Part shown: one piece after another, positions 15,438 to 24,414 of the stretch | How the letters are laid out: every line of letters begins with the position of its first letter | How positions within the stretch are numbered: position 1 is the stretch's first letter | Source: a virus | Direction: 5' to 3' (one strand) | Length of the DNA: 40,873 nt | Virus record (IMG/VR): IMGVR_UViG_3300028536_000001 | Coordinates: 1-40,873 of that record | The notes under the pieces: generated by a model | What the model was told of the DNA's origin: nothing | Databases searched by the model: none | Seen by the model: the letters and a program-made list of their open reading frames with translations, nothing else | Made by a program: the position numbers and the translations under genes

Positions 15438-15871
15438 ATTTCCTTTTGAATAACCAACGCCCTTGACGGCGCATCGATTACTATCTCTTTCATGTTAAGG
15501 TACTTAGCGTATTCATCAGCCTTTTCCTTGCTGTAGAATTCGCCGACTTCTTTGTCTTTAAGGGCCTGTGTATCAACTACGTAGTACTGAGCCACTCCGA
15601 TATCCGTAGAACTGATAAAAATCTGGACTTCGTACCGGTCATTCGGAGCCATGCGGATCTGGCGGAAAATATCCCGATCCCTGAACATCAAGGCTTCCTG
15701 GTTCTCTTTGGTTTTCAACACCAAAGGACATGGATGCCCGGTATAGTAATCAACCTTAAAAGGTGTAAGTGCTTCAGTTTCATCCCAATACAAAATTTTG
15801 TGACCACGTTTAAAATCATTTACATCAAAATCAGGAAGAGCCCGGAATTCTTCGTACGTCATCTGCGCCAA
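15434..15871 (-). CDS. Hypothetical protein
   Basis: 145-aa ORF, ATGA-coupled to the next gene. Confidence 0.65.
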   Translation of the reverse strand: MAQMTYEEFRALPDFDVNDFKRGHKILYWDETEALTPFKVDYYTGHPCPLVLKTKENQEALMFRDRDIFRQIRMAPNDRYEVQIFISSTDIGVAQYYVVDTQALKDKEVGEFYSKEKADEYAKYLNMKEIVIDAPSRALVIQKEI

Positions 15872-15891
15872 TCAACTCGTATATTTGAATT

Positions 15892-16218
15892 TCATATTAA
15901 CCTGGTAAACGCCCCTGCGTCAAGCAGTCTCTTTCTTTCTTTTCGCCACAGGGGACCGTGGTACTGTTTTTCCTTGTTGCCTATGCCAACGTGTGCCATT
16001 TCATGAAGTACTAGTATATTAACATACCTAGGGAGATTTCGCAACCCCCTGTCAACAATAATTTCAACAGCCTGCCCGTCCATAAACATGGTTACCGCCG
16101 CGATCTTTTTGTCCCGAATCAGACCAAACCGCACCGGCAGTTTTGGCGGCAAAGTGTCGTGGAAGTACTCTCTGTTGTACCCAACGTATTGACGCCGCAA
16201 CCACTTGTCAGTCAGCAT
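15892..16218 (-). CDS. SprT-like zinc metalloprotease
   Basis: YNREYFHDTLP...LVLHEMAH...HGPLWRKE. Confidence 0.75.
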   Translation of the reverse strand: MLTDKWLRRQYVGYNREYFHDTLPPKLPVRFGLIRDKKIAAVTMFMDGQAVEIIVDRGLRNLPRYVNILVLHEMAHVGIGNKEKQYHGPLWRKERKRLLDAGAFTRLI

Positions 16219-16622
16219 TTACCATGAACTCTTTTCCAGTACTCGTAGGGAACCAACATCAACCCAGTCTCGTATCCCAAACCTTCGATATGCTTTCTGG
16301 TCTCGGGGTGCAATTTTATCTCATCGCGGTGAGAGTAATACCATTCGGTTACATCGCCCAGCTTACCCTGCTGCCTTGCGGTAGCGGACCAGTCAGCCAG
16401 CATCTCATTTGAGTACTCTGGCGGCATATAGTGCGCGGTCTCTCCATCATACCAGAACTCCCAGTGGTGTGGCGTGTGAGAATTATGGAACTCAATCGAT
16501 GAGTTCCAATTTAGTTTATCTAAGTCGTGTACAACCAGTTGTTTAGCTGATACATGAAGTTTTCTGCCTTGAATCAGGAGGTAGTATTTGTGCTTGATGA
16601 TTTGCCACAAGTGCTTGAACAT
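16212..16622 (-). CDS. DUF5662-like HD-type protein
   Basis: H...HK...HDLDK...HHWEFW...MP...EMLADW. Confidence 0.7.
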   Translation of the reverse strand: MFKHLWQIIKHKYYLLIQGRKLHVSAKQLVVHDLDKLNWNSSIEFHNSHTPHHWEFWYDGETAHYMPPEYSNEMLADWSATARQQGKLGDVTEWYYSHRDEIKLHPETRKHIEGLGYETGLMLVPYEYWKRVHGKC

Positions 16623-17029
16623 CGCTGATTTCTCTCCCTGTACTTTGTTCTCAAAAACGATTCTGTCAAATAGGTTACTACCCGTTCCTCGTGGCCGTCA
16701 TTGCAATCGGGGCTTATCTCAGATAACAGCGCATGGCACATCTCGTGAACCACAACCGCCTCTGTTCGTTCATCTGATAAGTCTTCCGCAACAAAGATAC
16801 CGAGGTAGAAAGATAATATAGCGGTCATGTGCTGCCAGTCTGCTTGGCACTTCGCCAACGCAAATGGCGCGTCCGGGCAGGGAACGTAAGTGTAGTCTAC
16901 GCTAAGTTCTGCCCACGAGTCAAGCCCCATTACTGGAGCCCAGTAGTTTACATATTGACCAATTAACTTGCGGTAGTGTTTAAGTCGTTTAGTATGTTCG
17001 CTTATCAACGATAGCCCTTTACATTTCAT
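16574..17029 (-). CDS. Putative HEXXH metallopeptidase
   Basis: AVVVHEMCHALL...HEERVV. Confidence 0.65.
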   Translation of the reverse strand: MKCKGLSLISEHTKRLKHYRKLIGQYVNYWAPVMGLDSWAELSVDYTYVPCPDAPFALAKCQADWQHMTAILSFYLGIFVAEDLSDERTEAVVVHEMCHALLSEISPDCNDGHEERVVTYLTESFLRTKYRERNQRCSSTCGKSSSTNTTS

Positions 17030-17222
17030 CTATAGTTTGCATCAATCTTTTCGTAAGCATATAAGCTAATTCGTGAACTACTCGCGCAGCGGAAGAACTG
17101 AGTAGGTACGGAAGACACGCGTACCGTTGATTGTTTTTATAGTGGACATAATCTACGTATCCTCCCAGCGAGTTCGGGTCTAAACCGCAGCGAGGGCACA
17201 ATGTTTCACGGGGAACGTTCAT
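17019..17222 (-). CDS. Hypothetical protein
   Basis: 67-aa ORF overlapping its neighbours in the operon. Confidence 0.5.
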   Translation of the reverse strand: MNVPRETLCPRCGLDPNSLGGYVDYVHYKNNQRYACLPYLLSSSAARVVHELAYMLTKRLMQTIDEM

Positions 17223-17374
17223 ACTAAACTCTTTATCATCCTTTTCTGCAAATGTTCGTCTACTGCAATTTTGATTATCTGAGTCGCCCTGCGTTTGCCC
17301 ATACCTAGCTGTTTTCGAAACTCATTTAAAGTAGGAATTGGAGCAGTCAGTTGCGCTGGTTTTTGTTTAGGCAT
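17219..17374 (-). CDS. 51-aa HTH-like protein (not in ORF track)
   Basis: GGAG RBS; MPKQKPAQLTAPIPTLNEFRKQLGMGKRRATQIIKIAVDEHLQKRMIKSLV*; overlap-coupled on both sides. Confidence 0.55.
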   Translation of the reverse strand: MPKQKPAQLTAPIPTLNEFRKQLGMGKRRATQIIKIAVDEHLQKRMIKSLV

Positions 17375-17606
17375 AGTAACACTCCAAAAGGAGGTTCTTC
17401 CGTTCCTTTACGTCCCGATATACTGAGCAGCATAATTCTCCGAACACTTCATCTCTTATAGGACGATCCTCAAATCCAAGGTCTTTTCCATTAATCTCGA
17501 TTAAAGGGTAATCATATCCCTCTTCGGCATCCATGTGGCATGATCCGCAGCAACCGCCAGTATAGAGTCCGAGTTCATTTAAATTCCAACAAGTTATGCG
17601 CATCAA
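17367..17606 (-). CDS. Cys-rich hypothetical protein
   Basis: 79-aa ORF; CCGSCH...LCC. Confidence 0.6.
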   Translation of the reverse strand: MMRITCWNLNELGLYTGGCCGSCHMDAEEGYDYPLIEINGKDLGFEDRPIRDEVFGELCCSVYRDVKERKNLLLECYYA

Positions 17607-17932
17607 AAATTCCTTTTACAATTATCACAGCGTTTACTCGTCCCAAAAGGCACCAAAGGGGTTCGGCATGCCGGGCACCTTGGAGATGACACAATTAATA
17701 CTCTGGCCTTTTCTGGAAGCGATTCTTTGACTTGTTCGGTTCGACCTACTTCAGGTTCTAGCTTCTCGACGGCTCTTTTAACAACTTTAGGTTTCGCTGG
17801 TTTATCTTCAGGATGGTGCCAATTTACAGTCCTGCATTTTCTGCTTGGGCAGCGCTCTGGGTCTAACGACGAAGGAATCCAAATGTGTTCACATTCATCG
17901 CACTTGCAACATTCTATTTTTATATAACTCAT
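17603..17932 (-). CDS. Zn-ribbon protein
   Basis: Four Cys pairs: CDEC, CPSRKC, CPAC, CDNC. Confidence 0.6.
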   Translation of the reverse strand: MSYIKIECCKCDECEHIWIPSSLDPERCPSRKCRTVNWHHPEDKPAKPKVVKRAVEKLEPEVGRTEQVKESLPEKARVLIVSSPRCPACRTPLVPFGTSKRCDNCKRNF

Positions 17933-17959
17933 TATACCTTATCCTCGTGTATTTGTCAA
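17931..17959 (-). promoter_or_regulatory. Consensus leftward promoter
   Basis: TTGACA-17 nt-TATAAT. Confidence 0.75.
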
Positions 17960-17973
17960 CGGAAATCTAGCGC

Positions 17974-18040
17974 GGTACAGGGTACCAGATTCTTGCCGGT
18001 TCTGGTACATAGTACCACAGTTATTATGGTACAGGGTACC
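17974..18040. repeat. Three GGTAC-N3-GTACC palindromes
   Basis: At 17974-17986, 18004-18016 and 18028-18040. Confidence 0.85.
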
Positions 18041-18331
18041 AGAAAAGAAGATGAAGTTTTGCTATGCAAACTAGTTCCGACGCCAAGAGCCTCGAGGGGC
18101 TTCCACTCCCCGGGGTCCACGAGACAAATAGGGTCCCCTCTACGACAAAACCATACTACCAATGATATCAACGAGATACACACACGGCAGTCATGTGGTG
18201 GACTATACTACCTCGGAGATATCCAGTCACTGATTCACCCGTTTACTGATATGTTTTGCAGTTCCTTGCGAAAACTTGCGCGATGTTGTTTATTTTCAGC
18301 GTGGTGTATAGTCTACGCAAGTGCGTCTACA

Positions 18332-18364
18332 GTGTAATTTTTACACACCGTGTAATTTTTACAT
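18332..18364. repeat. Two tandem TGTAA-TTT-TTACA palindromes
   Basis: GTGTAATTTTTACA at 18332 and 18350. Confidence 0.8.
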
Positions 18365-18705
18365 AGTTTGGAAAATCCATATTCCTATATGAGAATGTAT
18401 CTGTCCTGTTCCCTTTGTTATCAATGACTTAGCTGTTAGTCTGCGCTATCATTTGTTCCTATCCCAGACCTACACCGAATCAAACCTGTGACTGACAATC
18501 CTCTTGTCAGTCTTCTATGGTTATCCTCTTGTGCTTTATATCTATAGGCTTTGGTTTGGCGGTCAAGTGATTATTAACGGTCTATGATTCATTCTATATC
18601 CATCCAAATTGTCCGGAAAATGGACAGTACATCTCTATTAGTAGCGAGTTAACCCTATACAAACCATCACCTTACAAAAATCTTTGCCTCTAGCGCATTT
18701 TTCTA

Positions 18706-18735
18706 TTGACAACCATTCATATTGGCTGCTTTAAT
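18706..18735 (+). promoter_or_regulatory. Rightward early promoter
   Basis: TTGACA-18 nt-TTTAAT with an extended TG. Confidence 0.55.
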
Positions 18736-18758
18736 TGCGAACCATAGGAGATACAACA

Positions 18759-18914
18759 ATGACTGACTGGAATCGTTACGGACATGGCGCATTCGCTAAA
18801 CAGATGCGTAAAGAAATGCAAACCAGCGAAGCTGATGAATTAGATCGTCGCGCACAGCGAATTGACAATCACCACACTCGGATTAGCTACAGTTCGTGGT
18901 TAAACGAACAATAA
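18759..18914 (+). CDS. 51-aa hypothetical protein (not in ORF track)
   Basis: AGGAG RBS; MTDWNRYGHGAFAKQMRKEM... Confidence 0.55.
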   Translation: MTDWNRYGHGAFAKQMRKEMQTSEADELDRRAQRIDNHHTRISYSSWLNEQ

Positions 18915-18973
18915 CAGTCCGAAATGGGCGAACCTGCCCATTCAAGCGTTATGCGCTTGCTGATGAGGACAAT

Positions 18974-19189
18974 ATGAAAGTTCGGTTGCTTGTATATCGC
19001 GGTCACGAGGTAATGGGTGAGTATCCCGTTAACTCCACGGTTGACAGCGTCGCCATCGCGAGAGATGCACTCACAAAGCTGAAGCCTGAGTTGTCTGGCG
19101 TAATCTTAGGCGAGTACGGTCTTCTGGCTCACAGCGCCAACCTACCAAAAGACAATCCTCGGTATAATGAGCTAGTGCTTCACGTGTAG
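18974..19189 (+). CDS. Hypothetical protein
   Basis: GAGGA RBS before MKVRLLVY; followed by a terminator. Confidence 0.6.
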   Translation: MKVRLLVYRGHEVMGEYPVNSTVDSVAIARDALTKLKPELSGVILGEYGLLAHSANLPKDNPRYNELVLHV

Positions 19190-19208
19190 TCTCTTCCCTG
19201 TTCCCCTT

Positions 19209-19235
19209 ACCCGTCCTAGTGGCGGGTTTTCTTTT
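19209..19235 (+). terminator. Rho-independent terminator
   Basis: ACCCGTC-CTAGT-GGCGGGT followed by TTTCTTTT. Confidence 0.75.
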
Positions 19236-19365
19236 GCAGCCAAGGTGTACGACGTTCCGTGACCATAAACCTATACCTATCTAGCGATTAGCTGCAAACA
19301 ACTGTCCGGAAAATGGACGATTTAGCAAGATAAATTGATACATTTTTCTCACCGTTATTATTTCC

Positions 19366-19394
19366 TTGACAGCGGCTTTGTATCATGCTTTAAT
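19366..19394 (+). promoter_or_regulatory. Sigma70-type promoter
   Basis: TTGACA-17 nt-TTTAAT with an extended TG. Confidence 0.6.
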
Positions 19395-19419
19395 TATAGG
19401 CGTAGTTGATAGGAGAAAC

Positions 19420-19671
19420 ATGACCCAAGACACACAGCAAATCCTAGAGAACCATTTCAAGCCGGGTAACGTAGTTTATTCCTTTTACCGGCGCAGCTAC
19501 GATTTAGTTCACGCTTTTGACTACCTTTCAACTCCGTATGGCTTCTCTTGGGTAGTCACGGTCCAAGCGTGCGACAAAGACGGCAACATTGCTCTTGGCG
19601 CGGCTGTCCGTACTCACTCTACCTATCCAGACTTTATACGTGGGGATAAGGTAGTTGCAGTCAAGGTATAG
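19420..19671 (+). CDS. Hypothetical protein
   Basis: AGGAG RBS before MTQDTQQ. Confidence 0.65.
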   Translation: MTQDTQQILENHFKPGNVVYSFYRRSYDLVHAFDYLSTPYGFSWVVTVQACDKDGNIALGAAVRTHSTYPDFIRGDKVVAVKV

Positions 19672-19885
19672 CGGCAGTTAACTTTAACATAACATAGGAG
19701 ATAGAATGATAATCAATCAAAAGGATATGGTGAAACAGCTTAAGAAAAAGCAGGAAATAATCTGCCTAGACCGCATCTCTCAGGTCAACTACTCCGCCTT
19801 AGCCTTGCGTGAACTGTATGCAGGCAGAGTGGTAAAAGCTACGATTGTTAAGGGCTGGAAAGACTAGATTTTCACTGCCCCGCTC

Positions 19886-19914
19886 ACCCGCGTCTTCGGA
19901 TGCGGGTTTTTCTT
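19886..19914 (+). terminator. Rho-independent terminator
   Basis: ACCCGCGTC-TTCG-GATGCGGGT followed by TTTTCTT. Confidence 0.8.
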
Positions 19915-19960
19915 GCCTTGATAAGCCTTTGGCCGCCACCATAAATTTATTAGAATTGTC

Positions 19961-19990
19961 TTGACAACCGTTGTTTGGTGTGGATATAGT
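19961..19990 (+). promoter_or_regulatory. Sigma70-type promoter
   Basis: TTGACA-18 nt-TATAGT. Confidence 0.55.
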
Positions 19991-20026
19991 TTGAATCGTA
20001 GTCAAGTAATACAACTAGGAGAAAAT

Positions 20027-20254
20027 ATGCAAACGACCACGGTTTTAGTTACTCTCGCCGTAGATATAGAAATAGATACCGAACTTCCCGTCAATTTTTT
20101 AGATGATAAAGTTCTCGGGTCAGTGCAAAACGCAGTAGTACGCGCTGTCAACTTAAACATGGATCAAGAAGATTTTGATTTTCAGGGACTTGATGGTGTT
20201 TATCCCTTACGCGTAGCAGGCAAATGGGCTGCGCACGAAGTTACACCTGAATAG
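20027..20254 (+). CDS. Hypothetical protein
   Basis: AGGAG RBS before MQTTTV. Confidence 0.6.
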   Translation: MQTTTVLVTLAVDIEIDTELPVNFLDDKVLGSVQNAVVRAVNLNMDQEDFDFQGLDGVYPLRVAGKWAAHEVTPE

Positions 20255-20280
20255 ATTTATGATCTTTAGGAGAAAAGACG

Positions 20281-20616
20281 ATGCCAACGGCAAAACGCAT
20301 TCAATCAATCACTGTCAAACGGGTGGATGACGAGTTCCCAGATACTAGCTATCTCACTCAAGAGGGATTTGAGGACAGATATGCGCAATATCAAAATGAC
20401 CTGTTCGGGTTTATTGGTATTCGCGCAGAGGCCAAAATAGTTATCGGTGATACCTGCCAAACAATCAAATCTATGGGTTTGTCGGGTATTGAATCTGATT
20501 CGGATGAAGACTACCTCAAAGAGATCGAGCAAGAGGAGTTAGCTTCGTTGCGCTCTATACTCTATGAGATGGGTTTTTCCAAACGAGCAATTGCAACCGC
20601 AGTCAAGGGGGTGTAA
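20281..20616 (+). CDS. Acidic hypothetical protein
   Basis: AGGAG RBS; 111 aa. Confidence 0.7.
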   Translation: MPTAKRIQSITVKRVDDEFPDTSYLTQEGFEDRYAQYQNDLFGFIGIRAEAKIVIGDTCQTIKSMGLSGIESDSDEDYLKEIEQEELASLRSILYEMGFSKRAIATAVKGV

Positions 20617-20732
20617 AATGTGCCTGTTTTTCGCACCAGCGCTACTGTCTATTGCTTTGATCTTAGCACTATCGATCAAGGCTGCTATCAAGGGTAACTA
20701 ACTGTCCGGAAAATGGACAAATTGAGGTTGTC

Positions 20733-21005
20733 ATGAAAGCAATACGTACACGATATCACGGACCGACAAACACTCGCGGTTCTCGCATCAGCGCTACTGA
20801 TAGTGATGGTAATCGCGTCACTATTTCTTACGACTACTCTCTCAACTCCGACAAACTACACGAAAAGGCGGCATATACTCTCATGGAAAAGATGATGTGG
20901 CCTAATGAAGTAGTCGGGGGTGGGTTTGGCTCGGACACGTTTTGGATCATGCTGCCGCGAGAAATCCACTTGATTCCTTTTTACAAAGTTTATTTCAACT
21001 CTTAG
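20733..21005 (+). CDS. Hypothetical phage protein (AIxTxYxGPTNTRGSRI type)
   Basis: GAGG RBS; N-terminal motif familiar from phage early proteins. Confidence 0.7.
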   Translation: MKAIRTRYHGPTNTRGSRISATDSDGNRVTISYDYSLNSDKLHEKAAYTLMEKMMWPNEVVGGGFGSDTFWIMLPREIHLIPFYKVYFNS

Positions 21006-21627
21006 CAGAGGACAGGGCAAACCAGCCCTGCAATGTGCTGGCAGCCAGTTCCAAGTCTGGTGCATTAGGAGAATGTCATGCGAGACAGAAAATGGGAAGC
21101 AGAGGTAGACAAATTCGTTGCAGAGCATCCAATCGATGCGTGCGGGTATCCACTTGCGACAGGCATTGAGAAGCATTGGGCGCAGGAGAGCAGCACCTTC
21201 ACTTTGGCCGATATCGCGTTCCTACAGGAACTGCATATCACGGTAGGTGAGCTATGATGCCTACAGAAACCGTACAGTCATGCCACTGCCGATTTGGAAC
21301 TACGTGCGGTGTCTGCCGTGATGATCTATTCGGCAAGATAACTTTCAACGATGGGTTTCTGATAGCAGGAATCATCATCGGTGTGATGATTTTACTCGGT
21401 CTATGATTTGTCCGTTTTCTCGACACCCGGCTCAGCTCTATGCTGAGCCATACTTTTTGTATGTGGCTTTATTGAACGTCGCACCAAACCAAATCCTGTG
21501 GAAAACTAAACGGCTACCAAACAGGATTTGTTCTAAATCACACATTTCAAAGGAATTACGAATTTTATTGACAAATAAAATCGAACGTGCAATGATTAGG
21601 TGTCTTAAAAGTTGAGGAGCGCACAGT

Positions 21628-21864
21628 ATGACAGTTTTAACGAAAAGAAAATCAAGATTGGTGTTTACCACCGAAGATTGCGTCCGTGAACATGGCCGCC
21701 TTCGCGAAGTAGTAATAGAAGCTCATCCTTACCATGCTGAGATCCGGCTTAAAGGTATGCGGTCAAGCTATATGATTAGCTGGTCCGGGATGTACAACGT
21801 CGCAGTTAAGAACGCGGTTGAGAAAGCACGCCAGGAAAAGAAAGCTGCAAAGAAATCAAGGTAG
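21628..21864 (+). CDS. Hypothetical protein
   Basis: GAGGAG RBS; TTGACA-17 nt-AATGAT promoter candidate at 21568. Confidence 0.7.
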   Translation: MTVLTKRKSRLVFTTEDCVREHGRLREVVIEAHPYHAEIRLKGMRSSYMISWSGMYNVAVKNAVEKARQEKKAAKKSR

Positions 21865-21883
21865 TTCACGCATAGGAGAGATA

Positions 21884-22117
21884 ATGCGCTTTACAGTACG
21901 TATGATCTTTACTCTTATTTTCATAACTTCATGTGTGCCTATAGGGGCTACATGGATGATATTTATATTTCCCCTGTCCGGGTTGTTTTCCTTTATCGCG
22001 GGCGATGGATTTTGCTATCGAGAACTCTGCAAAGAGGCTTTGGAAGCGTTCAAGCACTCTTTATCTGTAATATGGTCAAGTCCAAGTTTAAAGCGCTCGG
22101 AGAAAAAGGGAATATGA
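21884..22117 (+). CDS. Putative membrane protein
   Basis: AGGAG RBS; hydrophobic N-terminal half. Confidence 0.55.
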   Translation: MRFTVRMIFTLIFITSCVPIGATWMIFIFPLSGLFSFIAGDGFCYRELCKEALEAFKHSLSVIWSSPSLKRSEKKGI

Positions 22118-22290
22118 CGATTACTCCAGAGGAAATGCAGCAGCAGGAAAAAGACGCCATGTTTGCAGACTATTATGTGTTGGCAGAAGAAACTTTACTG
22201 TCTATGTGGATGTGTTCTGACTGTGGAGCTATGGTGCGCAATACAAGTATTCATTACCTTTGGCATAAGAAATTGGAAGGAAATCTATGA
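22114..22290 (+). CDS. Small Zn-finger-like protein
   Basis: CSDCGAMV...HYLWH; ATGA overlap. Confidence 0.55.
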   Translation: MTITPEEMQQQEKDAMFADYYVLAEETLLSMWMCSDCGAMVRNTSIHYLWHKKLEGNL

Positions 22291-22720
22291 CACGGATTAC
22301 TTACGAACTCGCAATGGCCGCAAGTTGGGATGCAGGCAATCGATCCATGCGTAAATCTGGTAGAAGCACATGGAATCAAGATGATTACAAAGTGGCAGCA
22401 AAGGAATTTGAACGTATCTACAAGGCATAACTATCCAAGACTGAAGCGTGGTGTATTGCTGTAGCTGCTATTCGATGGATGCTGCCGATGAAGAGCGAAT
22501 AAGGCAGGAAAGATTTTCAACTTAGAGTTGAAGACTTGCGAGTGAGCTCCGTGCTCAGAAATGACGACTAGCAGCTACAGGAGTACATCGGAGAGGATAC
22601 TATGACACGCGTTAAAACTGCTTATTGTGGTCTGTGCTCAAAAACGGTAGAGATTGTATTTGGCTACCGTTGTATTCAATGTGGCGCAAGAATTGCTACC
22701 GAACAAGAAGAGAAACAGAA

Positions 22721-22894
22721 ATGACACCCTCAGAGTTTTGGGACGGAGCAGGAAAACTGGAGCGTAGTTTCTGGTTCATGAAGTATGGACCAGATCACTT
22801 GAGCGTACTGGACGGTAGGTGGACCTATGACTTGCTACCTACTGGAGTCAAGGTAGCGTTGAGCCAAACGTTACAGAACATGAAAGTGCATTAG
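22721..22894 (+). CDS. Hypothetical protein
   Basis: MTPSEFWDG... in the early gene run. Confidence 0.45.
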   Translation: MTPSEFWDGAGKLERSFWFMKYGPDHLSVLDGRWTYDLLPTGVKVALSQTLQNMKVH

Positions 22895-22998
22895 TGTCTT
22901 GCCGTGGTTACTATTGAAAAGCTAGCTGGCAACGGATATAGATCCCGAAAGGGTAACGACCAGAAGTCCGAATAGATAGTAACCTCGGGAATACATTA
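22892..22998 (+). ncRNA. Putative rod-like structured RNA (strand inferred from context)
   Basis: ~23-bp imperfect closing stem including GGTTACTAT/ATAGTAACC; inner CGGA/TCCG and ATCC-CGAAAG-GGT hairpin; intergenic. Confidence 0.45.
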
Positions 22999-23024
22999 AT
23001 CCATTTTTATGGATAGGAGGAAGT

Positions 23025-23168
23025 ATGAGAAATACAAAATGTCAAGCATTTACTAAAAACGGACAAAGATGTTCGCATCCAGCAAAGTTTATCAGAATTA
23101 GAAACGGAAAACGCAGCAAGTTCATCTGTGGGTTACACACGAACGCCGTTAAAGTAACATTTAGGTAG
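23025..23168 (+). CDS. 47-aa Zn-finger protein, DUF5763-like (not in ORF track)
   Basis: AGGAGG RBS; CQAFTKNGQRC...CGLH. Confidence 0.6.
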   Translation: MRNTKCQAFTKNGQRCSHPAKFIRIRNGKRSKFICGLHTNAVKVTFR

Positions 23169-23176
23169 AGGATATT

Positions 23177-23458
23177 ATGCTAACTCCCAGATCAGAGTAT
23201 TGCATGTTGCATCAAGTGTATTATCCAGCGTACGGACATTGCTTTGACTGCCGGAAGGCTACTCAACGGAGGATAGGTATGGGAAACTCTAACTATTGCC
23301 GTCAGCACGACAGGTGGTACTTGGAAGACGGTACCTGTCCTTCGTGCCGCAGGGCTGTGATCGACCGTCTAACTTTTACTGCGCGGCCAGAGAACTGGGT
23401 GCCGAAGTTTGAGGAGACAGACACTATTCGGTTGGCCGGATTAGGGGTGTTGGTATGA
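23177..23458 (+). CDS. Hypothetical protein with two CxxH...CxxC repeats
   Basis: GAGGA RBS; repeated Zn-finger-like unit. Confidence 0.6.
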   Translation: MLTPRSEYCMLHQVYYPAYGHCFDCRKATQRRIGMGNSNYCRQHDRWYLEDGTCPSCRRAVIDRLTFTARPENWVPKFEETDTIRLAGLGVLV

Positions 23459-23832
23459 AACATCATGGATCAACCCGCAAACAGGATGAAGCAGGCGTCA
23501 AACACGCGCTAGAGCTAGGTGTACTGCTGACTGCGTTACTCCTGTTGTTCGAGATATTCGGCGGTCGGCTATGAGAGTTGACTACAACATGGGAATTGAC
23601 TACAGGTATCCGCTTAAACGCTGGCTACGAGGAGTTGCAGTTTTATTTCTTGCCACCTTGACATCTGCCTTAATTTGGTGTATGGTTTTTCTAATCGGAA
23701 GGCAAGTCTGGAGATGGCTATGAGTGTATATGAATGTTTAGCTTGTGAATGCCGTCAAGCGTGCGAAGGTTTGCCGTGGTTCTGCATCAAATGCCGCCGA
23801 GGAAGTGCTTGGCTGAAGTTTATTTGCACAAT

Positions 23833-24126
23833 ATGAACCCAATGGAGCAGTTTCGATGGGAGATTTGTGGATTAGAACGAGAATATCCGCTTGAGAAGCA
23901 CAATTACGACGCACGTATTCTGATTTTAGCATCGTGGTCGTCTTGGATACTTGCAATGATCGATGAAACTCATGTTGCCACGAATCGCAGAGCTAAAAAC
24001 TGGTGCCGGAAATTTTATTGCGCGGCTAGGCAAATATGCAATTGGGATCTGCTGGATAGAAAAGGAATGCCAGAAAGAATGCTACAAGTTTGCGTTGCAT
24101 TTCACCGTTGTAAAGGATTAGTTTAG
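23833..24126 (+). CDS. Hypothetical protein
   Basis: 3' part of ORF 23749-24126, starting at MNPMEQF. Confidence 0.5.
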   Translation: MNPMEQFRWEICGLEREYPLEKHNYDARILILASWSSWILAMIDETHVATNRRAKNWCRKFYCAARQICNWDLLDRKGMPERMLQVCVAFHRCKGLV

Positions 24127-24156
24127 TTGTCTGGAAAATGGACAGAAAGGTAACAA

Positions 24157-24318
24157 ATGAAAATACCGCAGGTACTACAGAAGGCACAACCTGGCAGCGC
24201 TCGGCTAGAGTACTACAAACCGGGCAAATCGGAAGAGTTTGGATTGAACAAGCGGACGCGCAGGATTGCGCGGGGAGAAGCGGTTACTAAAGCGGATGGG
24301 AGTGTGGAGAAGGGATAG
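24157..24318 (+). CDS. 53-aa hypothetical protein (not in ORF track)
   Basis: AAGG RBS right after a 17-bp motif; followed by a hairpin and T tract. Confidence 0.5.
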   Translation: MKIPQVLQKAQPGSARLEYYKPGKSEEFGLNKRTRRIARGEAVTKADGSVEKG

Positions 24319-24347
24319 TACTTAAAGAGCACCAAATATAGAAGATA

Positions 24348-24378
24348 GGGTCGGCCTTACGCTGACCCGATTTTTATT
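24348..24378 (+). terminator. Terminator between convergent genes
   Basis: GGGTCGGC-CTTAC-GCTGACCC followed by GATTTTTATT. Confidence 0.6.
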
Positions 24379-24414
24379 AGACAAGCGCCCAAATAATACT
24401 TGACAACGCAAAAA

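Noticed and set aside
17885-18337. 150-aa plus-strand ORF in the switch region
   Set aside because: No RBS, overlaps a promoter and palindromic repeats, and has no protein-like features
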